A stretch of 64,000 nucleotides of DNA, taken from the IMG/VR virus record IMGVR_UViG_3300009129_001089; one strand, written 5' to 3'. Shown piece by piece: positions 8,634 through 19,477 of this stretch. The stretch comes from a virus. The notes beneath the pieces are model-generated. The model saw nothing but the letters and a program-made list of their open reading frames with translations. It searched no databases and was not told the DNA's origin. Numbering within the stretch: the stretch's first letter is position 1; each line of letters begins with the position of its first letter. The translations under genes were made by a program, and so were the position numbers.

Positions 8634-8939
8634 TTAATCATTTATTCTATATAGTGTGTACTTAACGGTAAGTTCTTCGTTATCTTTGATATCTTTAATA
8701 GCAACTAAATGATAATGATTAGTAACCAAATCTTTCCATTTGATTATATTAGGTTCTTCTGAATGATTAATAAATCCGCCTAATGGAGTTCTAATCCAAC
8801 CGTCTTCAAAATCTGCATTATATACATGTGATATGCCTAAATTTGTTCCTTTTGAAATAGAACAGGTAGTAAATAGTCCTAACCCTTCAATATTTGATTT
8901 TTTAATAGTTAGACTATCTAGCAATGGTTTATACATCAT
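8634..8939 (-). CDS. SET-domain protein (lysine methyltransferase-like)
   Basis: IEGLGLF, GGFINHSEEPN, DIKDNEELTVKY. Confidence 0.85.
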   Translation of the reverse strand: MMYKPLLDSLTIKKSNIEGLGLFTTCSISKGTNLGISHVYNADFEDGWIRTPLGGFINHSEEPNIIKWKDLVTNHYHLVAIKDIKDNEELTVKYTLYRIND

Positions 8940-9640
8940 GTATTTATTTTAGAAAAATAAATGTAATGGACTCCATTTTCGTCATGCGAGGTATCCCATA
9001 ATACTTCGTCTGGATTAAACAATCCGTCTATTAGTTTTTTTATTAGTTTATGATTTAAACCATAAACTGGTATTTTACCTTTTACTCCTGACATAAATTG
9101 ATCATCTCCTAAATCAAAATAAAATATAGGAGTAGTATTATCGTCATTATATTCATCGGGCACATGAAACAATCTAAAAAATAATTTACCATTAGGCTTG
9201 AGTATTCTATAATACTGATTTATTATTTTTTGATGTTGCATAGGATGATTGCAATGAAGACATCCTACATCTATTATAGCATCAAACATTTCATTTGTAA
9301 AGTCCAAATATGCCGCATCTTGTGCAGAAAAAACAACATCAGGAAATTCTTTTTGTGCATTATCTATTGCTGTTTGGGATATATCAACACCATAAACATT
9401 ATTAAATTGTTCTAATAATCTTATGTTTTTTCCTTCTCCGCATCCACTGTCTAATATTGTAATATCTTTAGAAAAATTATAATGCTTCAAAAACCATTTT
9501 ACATGAGGATCTGGATCTTGTTTAGACGACCATATGTTACCAGGATCTTTAGCCGCAAAAAATGTTTCCCAATTTGTATTTGCACAATTGCTAGGACTAT
9601 CTACAAATGTTTTTCGTATTCCATCAAATTCTTTACTCAT
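8936..9640 (-). CDS. Class I SAM-dependent methyltransferase
   Basis: ILDSGCGEGKN, GVDIS, FDAIIDVGCLH, LKPNGKLF. Confidence 0.88.
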   Translation of the reverse strand: MSKEFDGIRKTFVDSPSNCANTNWETFFAAKDPGNIWSSKQDPDPHVKWFLKHYNFSKDITILDSGCGEGKNIRLLEQFNNVYGVDISQTAIDNAQKEFPDVVFSAQDAAYLDFTNEMFDAIIDVGCLHCNHPMQHQKIINQYYRILKPNGKLFFRLFHVPDEYNDDNTTPIFYFDLGDDQFMSGVKGKIPVYGLNHKLIKKLIDGLFNPDEVLWDTSHDENGVHYIYFSKINT

Positions 9641-10433
9641 TCATAAACTCATCTAATATATCTTTTAAATAAACATCTAATAATATTTTCTGTCCTTTTT
9701 CGTTATGGTGATAATTATCCATTACTGTTATATCATCAAGTTCATAATTACGAGTGATATATTTACTAAATGATTGGTCTTTATAACATTTAAAGGCAGA
9801 TAACCTTTTTAGTTTTTCTAATGATAAACAGGTATCTGCTATACCTCCTTCGTTTTCTAGCCAACCATAAGGAAATATTAAAAATTTTGAATTTAAAGAA
9901 TCTATGTAACTTAAAATATGATCAATTTCTTTAACTGCAAAGTTTGATCTGGCATAATTTACTACACCAAATAACGGATCTCGTTTTGTTTTATCGTCTT
10001 CTTTGATCAAATTAAATCTTGTTTTAAGTTGCCATAAATTTATAAAATCTGGTAAATGTCCTTGACCCGAGTTTGACAAAATATCGTAATAGAAAAAATT
10101 CTCTTTGCTTTCTCGAATACCAAAAGTATATTCTTTATATAATACTTGTCTTGGTTCGCTTGATGATAATGATATTATAATTTTATCAAAAAAATCTAAT
10201 CCGTATTTGCTCTGTATTTCATCAATAAAAAATCTAGTTCCGTTTAAACCATCACCACCATGACAAAAAACATGTGTCTCAACATTATATTTTTTATGTA
10301 ATTCGTATGGCCATCCTTTAAAATGATCTATATTATAATCGTCTACAAATGTATCTATTGCTATTTGTTTTTTAGCAGGAATAGGATTATATTCGCCGGC
10401 TACAAAACTGCAACCTATTATTGCTATTCTCAT
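9633..10433 (-). CDS. SGNH/GDSL-like protein
   Basis: N-terminal IIGCSF and C-terminal DNYHHN...GQ. Confidence 0.5.
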   Translation of the reverse strand: MRIAIIGCSFVAGEYNPIPAKKQIAIDTFVDDYNIDHFKGWPYELHKKYNVETHVFCHGGDGLNGTRFFIDEIQSKYGLDFFDKIIISLSSSEPRQVLYKEYTFGIRESKENFFYYDILSNSGQGHLPDFINLWQLKTRFNLIKEDDKTKRDPLFGVVNYARSNFAVKEIDHILSYIDSLNSKFLIFPYGWLENEGGIADTCLSLEKLKRLSAFKCYKDQSFSKYITRNYELDDITVMDNYHHNEKGQKILLDVYLKDILDEFMNE

Positions 10434-10996
10434 TTTATAAGTTGTTTAATTACATACGGATACATAAAATGTTCGACATAAGTGTGTATCATTTTTTTTA
10501 CTTCATCTAATGGCATATCTTGTAATTGCATTGCTCGTTGCTCAATTATTGCTCCGCCATCTACTTCTGATGTTACCCAATGTACAGTAGCACCAAATAC
10601 TGTACAACCATAATTGTATGCGTCTTCGATTGCATTTGTTGATCCTTTAAATGCGGGAAGCAAAGACGGGTGTATGTTAATTATTTTACCTGCCCATTTA
10701 TCACAAAACCAATGGGATAAAATTCGCATCCAGCCAGCAAGTACAATTAAATCAGGCTTAAACTTATCTGGTCCGGTACCCCCAAGTGCAAAGTCTATCT
10801 TTTTATCGTACTCTTCTCGTGTTTCCCCTTTATAATGTTTAATTAAACAAGAACTTACCCCAGCATCCTTTGCTCGGTTAATTACTCCTGCATTAGGATT
10901 ATTTGTAATTACTTGATCTACTTCTATATCATTATTAACAATGGCACTAAAATTTGAGCCTTCTCCAGAAGCCATTACTATTATTTTTTTACTCAT
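10430..10996 (-). CDS. purN: Phosphoribosylglycinamide formyltransferase
   Basis: ASGEGSNF, LAGWMRIL, NIHPSLLPAFKG, GATVHWV...VDGG. Confidence 0.95.
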   Translation of the reverse strand: MSKKIIVMASGEGSNFSAIVNNDIEVDQVITNNPNAGVINRAKDAGVSSCLIKHYKGETREEYDKKIDFALGGTGPDKFKPDLIVLAGWMRILSHWFCDKWAGKIINIHPSLLPAFKGSTNAIEDAYNYGCTVFGATVHWVTSEVDGGAIIEQRAMQLQDMPLDEVKKMIHTYVEHFMYPYVIKQLIK

Positions 10997-11022
10997 AACT
11001 TTCGTATAATTCTTCTACTTGA

Positions 11023-12348
11023 TCAGGCAAATCCCCGCAACTCGTAAGAAGTGCAAGGAGTACTAAAAACTTTATGAAATATGTAATCCACATTCTTTGT
11101 ATAATATCCTACATTAAAAATATCGTTTACTTCGTCCATAGATAAAACGTTATTTGCTATTAAATTATCTTTAAATGCGCCATCACCATGGGCGGCAGTT
11201 TGTACTTCTTTATACGCTTGTTCTCTTGTTAAGCCCTTATTATTAATTAAAAAGAGAAGAACTTGTTGAGAATAAACTAAACCGCCAGTAATATTCAGAT
11301 TTTCTTGCATTCGCTTTGTATTTACTTCCATATTTATAACAACTTTTGTAAGCCGTGTTAATGCAAATGATACATAAGAAAATGTATCAGGTAAAGTAAT
11401 ACGTTCGACACTTGAATGGCTAATATCTCTTTCGTGCCATAATGCTATATTATCTAATGATGGTGCGACTGCACTTTTTATAAGTCTTGCAAGTCCTGTT
11501 AAGTTTTCTGTTAATATAGGATTCTTTTTGTGTGGCATTGCACTAGAACCTTTTTGTCCTTTAGTAAATTGTTCTATTACTTCGCCTACTTCAGTACGTT
11601 GTAAATGTCTTATTTCAACTGCTAAGTTTTCTATACAGCCACCTATAATTCCTAAGTAACTCATTAATAACGCAAAACGATCTCGCGGAACAACTTGCGT
11701 ACTAACATCTTCAGCTAACATGCCAAGTTCGTCTGCTAAGTATTCTTCTATTTTTGGGTCAATAACAGAATAAGTTCCTACTGCTCCACTACATTTTACT
11801 CTACAAATATCATGTTCTGCCTGCTCCAATAACTTTAAGCATCTTTGAAATGCTCTGTAATGCCCTAATAATTTTAATCCAAACGTTGTTGGTTCTGCGT
11901 GTATACCATGCGATCTACCTACACATACTGTATTTTTATGATCTTCTGCTCGTTGTTCTAATACACTTACAATGCTTTTTAAAGCATCTTCTATAACAAT
12001 TAATGATTGTTTTATTTGCAAGGCATTGCAAGTGTCTAATAAATCTTGACTTGTCATGCCCATGTGTATATACTTTGCATTAGGACCTATCATATTAGAA
12101 CAATGGGTTAAAAACGCTAATACATCATGTTTAGTTGTCTTTTCTATTTCATTTATTTTTTCAACAAAATTTCCACTTTCAACACAAAGCCATCTGCATT
12201 TGCGTATATCGTTTACTGCTTCTTTAGGAATGTTTCCATATTTTGCTTGTGCTTCACAAACAATTTCCTCAATATCAAACCAATGTTGAAATCTACTTTC
12301 GTCTGACCAAATATTTTCTATATCAGGGCATGTATATCTTTTATGCAT
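11023..12348 (-). CDS. purB: Adenylosuccinate lyase
   Basis: GSSAMPHKKNP signature, HMGMTSQD, GRSHGIHAEPTTFG, LWHERDISHSSVER. Confidence 0.97.
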   Translation of the reverse strand: MHKRYTCPDIENIWSDESRFQHWFDIEEIVCEAQAKYGNIPKEAVNDIRKCRWLCVESGNFVEKINEIEKTTKHDVLAFLTHCSNMIGPNAKYIHMGMTSQDLLDTCNALQIKQSLIVIEDALKSIVSVLEQRAEDHKNTVCVGRSHGIHAEPTTFGLKLLGHYRAFQRCLKLLEQAEHDICRVKCSGAVGTYSVIDPKIEEYLADELGMLAEDVSTQVVPRDRFALLMSYLGIIGGCIENLAVEIRHLQRTEVGEVIEQFTKGQKGSSAMPHKKNPILTENLTGLARLIKSAVAPSLDNIALWHERDISHSSVERITLPDTFSYVSFALTRLTKVVINMEVNTKRMQENLNITGGLVYSQQVLLFLINNKGLTREQAYKEVQTAAHGDGAFKDNLIANNVLSMDEVNDIFNVGYYTKNVDYIFHKVFSTPCTSYELRGFA

Positions 12349-12952
12349 TAAAGTCTTCTAGTATTTTGAATCCGTCTTGTGAGCAATGATAAGTTTCAAA
12401 TGCTCGTTCCGGATGTGGCATCATACCTAATACATTATTATTACGTATTCCACAAATGCCCATTGTGGAACCATTTGGATTGTTTTTACGCAAATAATAT
12501 GAATATGCTACTTTTTGTTCTTCTACTAACTTTGCAGGGTTAGGGTGATAGTAATTACCTTCTGCATGAGCAATAGGTATTCTACGTTGATAGTGTACAG
12601 GCCAAGTAATTATATCCATTGGCTTACATATAAATTTTTCTGTACTGTTTATTCGTAACGTTCCTGGTAACAAACCTGCTTCACATAATATTTGAAATCC
12701 GTTGCAAATGCCTAGTATTTTTCTATCTGTTTTTTTAAGTTCTTTTATAACAGGACTAAGATTTGCTATTGCACCTGCACGTAAATAATCACCATAACTA
12801 AAGCCTCCTGGTATTACATACATATCAACTTTTGGTAATGTTGTTTCTTTGTGCCAGACACGTATAGGTTTAATTCCTGTATGTGCATACAAGAATCTTT
12901 CCATTTCATTATCGCAGTTACTACCTGGAAATATTATAATCGCTGTTTTCAT
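12341..12952 (-). CDS. purQ: FGAM synthase glutaminase subunit
   Basis: [38 protein letters not shown]. Confidence 0.97.
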   Translation of the reverse strand: MKTAIIIFPGSNCDNEMERFLYAHTGIKPIRVWHKETTLPKVDMYVIPGGFSYGDYLRAGAIANLSPVIKELKKTDRKILGICNGFQILCEAGLLPGTLRINSTEKFICKPMDIITWPVHYQRRIPIAHAEGNYYHPNPAKLVEEQKVAYSYYLRKNNPNGSTMGICGIRNNNVLGMMPHPERAFETYHCSQDGFKILEDFNA

Positions 12953-14492
12953 AATTTTCTATTAATCCTACTCCACCTATTACTGGTGTTGGCATAATGC
13001 CTTTACCTAAAGTTTCGTTATAAAAACTTACATTACCACTAACAACCGGAAATTCTAATTCTTTACATATTTCTGCCATGCCTAAACATACTTCTTTAAA
13101 GTCATGCATAACATTTGGATTTTCCGGATTACCAAAATTTAAACAATTTGTTATACCTAACGGTTTTGCATTTACAGATAATAACTTATTATAACAATCA
13201 TATATAATATATCTAATCCCACTTCTAGGATTATAATGGCAAAATGGGGCACTACTCATAGTTGTCATTGCTATTGCTTTTTTACTATTTGGTATCCTAA
13301 CAATAGCAGGATCTGCTTGTGGTCCTTGTATTGTATTCCCTATTACTTGCGAATCATATTGCTCCCATACCCAATTCATATCAAAATCTGTTACTATAGG
13401 TATATCTATAAATTCTGATTTATAAGGCTCTACTGGTCGTTGTAATTCAGGTGCATCTAATGCTTCTAGTGGTACATCACATACTACTTTATCTTTAACA
13501 CGAACAGTATAATTATTTGTATCTGTTAGTGTTCCTATTTCGACATAATCTAAATCCCATTTATTAAATATACTTTCTACTTCTGCATCAGGATTTAAAA
13601 CAAATAACATTCGTTCTTGGCTTTCGCTTAAAAGTATCTCCCAAGGTTCCATTTTTTCTTCTCTTAAAGGAATTTTTGATATATCAATATCAATACCATA
13701 ATTTCCTTTAAGTGCTACTTCCGAAGTTGAAGAAAGTATACCTGCCGCACCCATATCCTGTGCCGCAATTACTGTGCCTGTTTCAAATAATTCTAATGAT
13801 GCTTCTAGTAATAGTTTTTCTTGAAATGGATCGCCTACTTGTACTGTAGGGCGTTTAACCTCACATTCAGTAAATTCCTCGCTTGCCATAATAGCACCAC
13901 CTATACCATCACGCCCTGTTTTAGCACCTACATAAACAACAATGCCTTTTTTATTTGGAATACTTGTAAATATTTCTTTATTAGTATAACCTACTGTCAT
14001 AGCATTTACAAGAGGATTTTCAGCATAACAATCAAAAAAATGGCATTTGCTACTAACAGTAGGAACCCCGACACAATTCCCATAATCAGCAATCCCTTTA
14101 ACCACTCCATCAATAACTCTCCTATCGTCTGTTGAACCAAAATGTAACGAATTTAAATTTGCAATAGGTCGAGCCCCCATTGTAAAAACATCACGCATGA
14201 TGCCGCCTACTCCTGTTGCGGCTCCTTGATAAGGTTCTATATAACTAGGATGATTATGACTCTCTATTTTAAAAACTAGTTTATCACCGTCACCTATATT
14301 GACTACACCTGCATTTTCACCAGGGCCAGATATGACTTGCTTGCCTTCAGTGTATAATTGTTTTAGCCAAAATTTAGAACTTTTATAAGAGCAATGTTCA
14401 CTCCACATTGCATCAAATACATGAGTTTCGGTTACGTTAGGTGCCCGACCTAATCTTTCGTCTATTAATTTTATTTCGTCATTCGTTAACAT
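12921..14492 (-). CDS. purL: FGAM synthase synthetase subunit (short, 523 aa)
   Basis: [51 protein letters not shown]. Confidence 0.95.
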   Translation of the reverse strand: MLTNDEIKLIDERLGRAPNVTETHVFDAMWSEHCSYKSSKFWLKQLYTEGKQVISGPGENAGVVNIGDGDKLVFKIESHNHPSYIEPYQGAATGVGGIMRDVFTMGARPIANLNSLHFGSTDDRRVIDGVVKGIADYGNCVGVPTVSSKCHFFDCYAENPLVNAMTVGYTNKEIFTSIPNKKGIVVYVGAKTGRDGIGGAIMASEEFTECEVKRPTVQVGDPFQEKLLLEASLELFETGTVIAAQDMGAAGILSSTSEVALKGNYGIDIDISKIPLREEKMEPWEILLSESQERMLFVLNPDAEVESIFNKWDLDYVEIGTLTDTNNYTVRVKDKVVCDVPLEALDAPELQRPVEPYKSEFIDIPIVTDFDMNWVWEQYDSQVIGNTIQGPQADPAIVRIPNSKKAIAMTTMSSAPFCHYNPRSGIRYIIYDCYNKLLSVNAKPLGITNCLNFGNPENPNVMHDFKEVCLGMAEICKELEFPVVSGNVSFYNETLGKGIMPTPVIGGVGLIENYENSDYNISR

Positions 14493-15135
14493 GTTTTTCC
14501 CAATTTACATAACTTAATTGTCTATCATTACCTAATTCTTTAGCAAATGTATTAAACGCCAAAGTGTATCTAATATCATTTTGCTGATTAATATTAACAG
14601 AATGCATTATATCTGATGGAAACATAATTAAGTCTCCATTGGTCATTGGTGCATCTACATATTCTGCATTCATACTATTATGGGTAGACTGTTGTAATTG
14701 AATCATAGGTAGATGCCTATTATAAAATTGCGTAGGAGGCATTGAGCTGGTTACATTTAAATAAAATATTCCACTAATAATACTATTTTGATGATGGTGC
14801 GTCGGATGGCCTGCCCCGGACTCATTTTTATTAACCCAAGAATTTGTAATAATCAATTCTGTTTTGGTAGAAATAACATCTATTGCATAATTTTTTATTT
14901 TTTCTTCAATCCAATTTTTAATTTTAGATAATTTTTTATGCCGTAATATGTACGAATCTTCTGTTTTACAATTTCCGTTATATGATCCTTCTTGTCTAAA
15001 TGGTAACTTTTGTATGTATTCAAATTCTTCATCATATGTATCAGGATATTTACTTACAAACATTGTAGTTGGAAAAACATGCAATATTGTATCATCGCCC
15101 TTAACAAATTTTGTTACATGATCTAATACATTCAT
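14479..15135 (-). CDS. Putative 2OG-Fe(II) oxygenase (TIGR02466-like)
   Basis: SWVN...[17 protein letters not shown]...FPS..MHSV...RYTLAFN. Confidence 0.8.
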   Translation of the reverse strand: MNVLDHVTKFVKGDDTILHVFPTTMFVSKYPDTYDEEFEYIQKLPFRQEGSYNGNCKTEDSYILRHKKLSKIKNWIEEKIKNYAIDVISTKTELIITNSWVNKNESGAGHPTHHHQNSIISGIFYLNVTSSMPPTQFYNRHLPMIQLQQSTHNSMNAEYVDAPMTNGDLIMFPSDIMHSVNINQQNDIRYTLAFNTFAKELGNDRQLSYVNWEKHVNE

Positions 15136-15350
15136 TCTTCCTCTATTTCATAATCATACAATAAGGTATTAACAAGAACTGTTTCGCATAATTCTTTAAT
15201 TTTATGATGAGGGGCATTAAAATAAAATACTTGTCCTACTTTCATATTTTCTACTTGCCATCCATTAGCATTTACGTTTAATGATATATTATCGCCTTGT
15301 ATATCTTTAATACCTTTTCTTAATTTTGTTGTGATTTTGTATTTTTTCAT
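15132..15350 (-). CDS. purS: FGAM synthase PurS subunit
   Basis: 72 aa; LRKGIKDIQG, LCETVLVNTLLYDYEI; lies in the purL/purQ cluster. Confidence 0.8.
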   Translation of the reverse strand: MKKYKITTKLRKGIKDIQGDNISLNVNANGWQVENMKVGQVFYFNAPHHKIKELCETVLVNTLLYDYEIEEE

Positions 15351-15351
15351 A

Positions 15352-15948
15352 TTAATAAATTTGTTCTATCTTATCGCATAATCCTAATTTTTTTGCTTCT
15401 TTAGCACCAAGCCAAACATCATGTGCAGGAAGTAAGTATTTTCTAATATCTGATTCTTTAAGACCAGTACATTTTTTATAATGATTGATCATACGCTCTG
15501 TTGTTAGTTCTAACTCTTTAACTCTAGCAAATAGTTCGTGTTCTTTTCCTATACTGCCCCATGAATATTGGTGCGATAAAATACTTGTGTTTGGTGTTAG
15601 AACTCGTCTACCTTTTGCACCAGTTATAAACATAAGTAATCCACACGAGGCAATCATGCCTAGTCCAACTGTTTTGATAGGAATTTTAGATCCTTTCATT
15701 ACATCTACTAATGCAAAACATGCATTAAGATCTCCGCCTCTAGAACATATACCTAATGTCAATTCTTTTTGCTTTTTTGGTTTATAATTTTCTGCAAGTA
15801 TCCAGTCAATTAACGGACTCATTGATTCTACTGTAACATCACCCATAAAAACCACTACACCATTCATTAATAGTTCCATTTTAGGAACCATTGCTTCAGG
15901 ACTTGACGGTCCTTGGGGAACTCCTTGATCTTCGTCTTCGTTTCTCAT
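15352..15948 (-). CDS. clpP: ClpP-family serine protease
   Basis: SRGG, GMIASCG (Ser), ILSHQ (His), HDVWL (Asp), EAKKLGLCD. Confidence 0.85.
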   Translation of the reverse strand: MRNEDEDQGVPQGPSSPEAMVPKMELLMNGVVVFMGDVTVESMSPLIDWILAENYKPKKQKELTLGICSRGGDLNACFALVDVMKGSKIPIKTVGLGMIASCGLLMFITGAKGRRVLTPNTSILSHQYSWGSIGKEHELFARVKELELTTERMINHYKKCTGLKESDIRKYLLPAHDVWLGAKEAKKLGLCDKIEQIY

Positions 15949-15957
15949 TTTATTCCT

Positions 15958-17001
15958 TTAAAATATTTTATTTTGTTGATTGTTTACCATTACAAAGGTT
16001 GTACATTTTGGAATATCTTTTATTCTTCTTGCACCAATCATTGTACATGCACTTCTAAGTCCGCCTAAAATATTTTTTACTGTATCTCTAACAGGCCCTC
16101 TTGAATCCATTGTAACTCGTTTACCTTCTGTACTAGTATAGCCATCTTTTCGAGATCCATGCACTTCTTTTGCACGATCAGAACTCATGCCGTAAAATTC
16201 ATATTTTCCATCTTGTTTTGGTAAATCGCATTCATCATGAAATGCCAGCATACCTCCTAACATAACAAAGTCTGCTCCCGCTCCAAATGCTTTTGTTATA
16301 TCACCCGGAACAGTACATCCACCATCTGCAATTATATATCCCCCCAAACCATGTGCGGCATCTGCACATTCCATTACTCCACTTATTTGTGGCATACCTA
16401 CTCCGGTTTGCTCTCGTGTTGTACATACACTACCTGGACCTATACCACATTTAACCACATCTGCACCCGATATACATAATTGCTCGGTCATTTCTCCAGT
16501 AATAACATTACCTGCAATTATAATTTTATCAGGAAAATCATCTCGTACTTTAACAACAAAATCTGCAAAATTTTGCTGATAACCATTTGCTACATCTATA
16601 CAAATAAATTTAACTTCTGGCCATTCTGTTAATACTGCTTTTGCAGTAGCATAATCTGTTGCGTTGTCGTCCCAAATAGCATTGGTACCTGTACTAACTA
16701 CTACATTATTTAAACGTAATCCTTTACTTGCCGCTTCTTTCCAGTCATCAAATGAATAATGCTTTCTAATTGTAGTAAGCATATTAAACTCTTGCAGTAC
16801 CATTGCCATCGAAAATGTACCTACCCCATCCATGTTTGATGACATAATAGGAGTACCTGCCCATTTTTGGGAAGATTCGTCCCAATGCCTAAACGTAAAC
16901 TCTCTTTCTAAGTTTATACTTCGTCTACTAGATATTGTAGAACGTTTAGGTTGTAATAATACATCTGAATAATCTAATTTTATTTCAGTGTCTACTCTCA
17001 T
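15958..17001 (-). CDS. guaC: GMP reductase
   Basis: KLDYSDVLLQPKRST, CIDVANGY, GIGPGSVCTTR, FYGMSS, GGLRSACT; no CBS domains. Confidence 0.92.
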   Translation of the reverse strand: MRVDTEIKLDYSDVLLQPKRSTISSRRSINLEREFTFRHWDESSQKWAGTPIMSSNMDGVGTFSMAMVLQEFNMLTTIRKHYSFDDWKEAASKGLRLNNVVVSTGTNAIWDDNATDYATAKAVLTEWPEVKFICIDVANGYQQNFADFVVKVRDDFPDKIIIAGNVITGEMTEQLCISGADVVKCGIGPGSVCTTREQTGVGMPQISGVMECADAAHGLGGYIIADGGCTVPGDITKAFGAGADFVMLGGMLAFHDECDLPKQDGKYEFYGMSSDRAKEVHGSRKDGYTSTEGKRVTMDSRGPVRDTVKNILGGLRSACTMIGARRIKDIPKCTTFVMVNNQQNKIF

Positions 17002-17420
17002 TATGCACCATATGGCTGTTCAAAGTTTATTATGTCTAGGATACGTTTTGCGTATAATGCGGCATTAATTGCACCATGCTTGCCAACTGACATACATGCA
17101 ACTGGTACACCTTTTGGCATTTGTACTATACTTAGTAAACTATCAATACCCATTAAATCACTTTTCATTGGTACACCTATTACTGGTAAATTTGTTTGGG
17201 ATGCAACCACACCTGGCAATGCGGCAGACATTCCTGCGGCCGCAATAATAATTTTATATCCGGATGCTTCCCATTTTTTAATATACTCGGTTACTTTTTC
17301 TGGATTTCTATGTGCAGATGCAGTAACTATTTCATTGCCGATATTTAATTCGTTTAATTTATCAACGCAATTATTCATCGTCTCTAGGTCGCTGTCGCTT
17401 CCCACTATTATTCCTATCAT
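17001..17420 (-). CDS. purE: N5-CAIR mutase / AIR carboxylase
   Basis: GSDSD, SAHRNP, AAGMSAALPGVVAS, PVIGVP, QMPKGVPVA. Confidence 0.95.
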   Translation of the reverse strand: MIGIIVGSDSDLETMNNCVDKLNELNIGNEIVTASAHRNPEKVTEYIKKWEASGYKIIIAAAGMSAALPGVVASQTNLPVIGVPMKSDLMGIDSLLSIVQMPKGVPVACMSVGKHGAINAALYAKRILDIINFEQPYGA

Positions 17421-17589
17421 TTTTCTCCTTAGTTTGAAATTCTTCTAATATTTCAAGTAATCGTTTATATTGTTTAGATGTTAATTTTCTTAACTGTCCA
17501 ATACTTGCTCCATCAAACCCCATTTTATAAAGTTCATCATGTCCAATACCTGCTATCAAGGTAAGCCTCGTTCTTTTGCTTGAAACCAT
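17371..17589 (-). CDS. Hypothetical protein
   Basis: 72-aa ORF inside the operon-like run. Confidence 0.35.
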   Translation of the reverse strand: MVSSKRTRLTLIAGIGHDELYKMGFDGASIGQLRKLTSKQYKRLLEILEEFQTKEKNDRNNSGKRQRPRDDE

Positions 17590-17939
17590 GATTCTGAATT
17601 ATATGATTTATCACAAATGTACATATCAAAATGTGGTTTATTTCCTACTTGTACATCATGGTATTTACATCCCCATTCTAGTAATTGACTTTTGGTTAAT
17701 TCTGTATGGTCTAATCCAGAATGGATACCACGGGCAGTCCAATAAACAATTTTATGACCTTCATCGTATAATTCGTTTATATGCTTAATTCTTTCTGGTT
17801 TCGGAGTTGCTTTTGTATAATCCATAGGTTGGTCATCAAAATTTGGCAACTCTGGATTATCACAAATAGTACCATCTACGTCAACGTAGATAATTTTATG
17901 TTTTTTTAATTTCATTTTTCCTTTAATATTCTGCAACAA
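17556..17939 (-). CDS. HAD-superfamily phosphatase-like protein
   Basis: YVDVDGTIC, YWTARG, KP.FDMYICDK. Confidence 0.8.
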   Translation of the reverse strand: MLQNIKGKMKLKKHKIIYVDVDGTICDNPELPNFDDQPMDYTKATPKPERIKHINELYDEGHKIVYWTARGIHSGLDHTELTKSQLLEWGCKYHDVQVGNKPHFDMYICDKSYNSESWFQAKERGLP

Positions 17940-18531
17940 AAATGTGATACTTTATAATGGTATATATAAATCCTATAAAAAAGATCCCCATACCAATTTC
18001 ATGTAATTTTTTACTATTACTGAATATCATTGGAGTCATAATGCAAAGCATAAGAACTCTACCTATTACTTTCAATGACATTAATTCTCCTTTAAAGAAT
18101 ACAAAGAGATTTGCAAGTAGACAACATTGTAATGCTACTGCCAATCCTAAAATAACCTTATGGTTTTCGTAATAGTATTCACATAAATCAACCGATTTAT
18201 CTTTATATGTCTCCGGTTGTGGAGCAACTACTTCAGTTACCATAAAAAATATTAATGGTACTGAAAGATATAAAAGAAACGTAAATAAATTCCAATCTTC
18301 ATTTGAAAAATATGCTAAGTCTCTTAGTGGATACGAAGTCCACCAAAATAATATAATAGTAAAAAAAGTTATAAAACTAAAAGCCGTATGTGGCCAATAG
18401 AAATAAACATCATCGTCTGGATTATCATTGTAATTTTTTGCTAATAATGAACTGTAATTTATCATTAACCTAACCATAGACATGGCTAAAACTACAAAGG
18501 GTATCATAGATAAATGTGAAAATGCGACCAT
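17923..18531 (-). CDS. Multi-pass membrane protein
   Basis: About 6 hydrophobic segments, 202 aa. Confidence 0.65.
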   Translation of the reverse strand: MVAFSHLSMIPFVVLAMSMVRLMINYSSLLAKNYNDNPDDDVYFYWPHTAFSFITFFTIILFWWTSYPLRDLAYFSNEDWNLFTFLLYLSVPLIFFMVTEVVAPQPETYKDKSVDLCEYYYENHKVILGLAVALQCCLLANLFVFFKGELMSLKVIGRVLMLCIMTPMIFSNSKKLHEIGMGIFFIGFIYTIIKYHIFVAEY

Positions 18532-19470
18532 TCATTTTTCCTCCAACTCGCCTAAAATAAGATGTTCAGTTAATACATTACTTAAATACTGCCATTCACT
18601 ATCTTCTGGAACAATTATAACCATTCCTACACCGCAATTAAATGTTTTCATCATTTGTTTTTTAGTTAAGTTTGCCTCTGCTTGTATCCATTGAAACAAA
18701 CTTTCGTGTCTAAAAAATCTAGTCTCATTTGATTTATTGCCACTTTTTACAGAATGATATAATCTATAATTACATACTAAGTTCTTTGGTAATATTCTTT
18801 TTGTATTAGTATGACCACCTCCTGTTATATGTGCTATTCCTTTTATTTCTATACCTGCTTCTTTAAGTGCATCCAATTCTTTTTTATATATTTTTGTTGG
18901 CTCAAGCAACGAATACATAAATTCTTTTTCGTCTACGTTATTCGGAGTTTTATGTGCATATTCTCGTATCATTGTGTAACCATTAGAGTGAAATCCTGTA
19001 GAAGGCAAACCTATTACTTTATCTCCTGGTTGCATATTATTTTTAGGCAATTGATCCATTGATATACCTACACCAAATCCGCAAACATCAAATGTACCTT
19101 GTTCAATTATGCCAGGCAACTCAGCAGTCTCGCCTCCTACTAATTCTATTCCTACTTGAGAACATCCAAAATATATTCCTTCTAATACTTCTTTAAAATC
19201 TTCCTCGTTAACATTTGCTGAACAAAAATAATCCAAAAAGAACAACGGTTCACATCCATTACATAATAAATCATTAATAACCATTGCTACACAATCTACT
19301 CCTATTGATTGCAACGGCCTACCATATTTTTCCTTTGCTTGTTGTGCTAATAGTATCTTTGTTCCAACACCGTCACAACTTGAAATAAGATTGCCATGCC
19401 TAGCCGCAAAGCCTCCTATCTGTTCTGAATATTGTGAAATACTTTTAACTAGTTTATCATTTTTATTCAT
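18532..19470 (-). CDS. purM: AIR synthetase
   Basis: DGVGTK, DCVAM.INDL, EPLFFLDY, GGETAELPG, G.HSNGY, AHITGGG, TFNCGVGM. Confidence 0.97.
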   Translation of the reverse strand: MNKNDKLVKSISQYSEQIGGFAARHGNLISSCDGVGTKILLAQQAKEKYGRPLQSIGVDCVAMVINDLLCNGCEPLFFLDYFCSANVNEEDFKEVLEGIYFGCSQVGIELVGGETAELPGIIEQGTFDVCGFGVGISMDQLPKNNMQPGDKVIGLPSTGFHSNGYTMIREYAHKTPNNVDEKEFMYSLLEPTKIYKKELDALKEAGIEIKGIAHITGGGHTNTKRILPKNLVCNYRLYHSVKSGNKSNETRFFRHESLFQWIQAEANLTKKQMMKTFNCGVGMVIIVPEDSEWQYLSNVLTEHLILGELEEK

Positions 19471-19477
19471 TATTACC

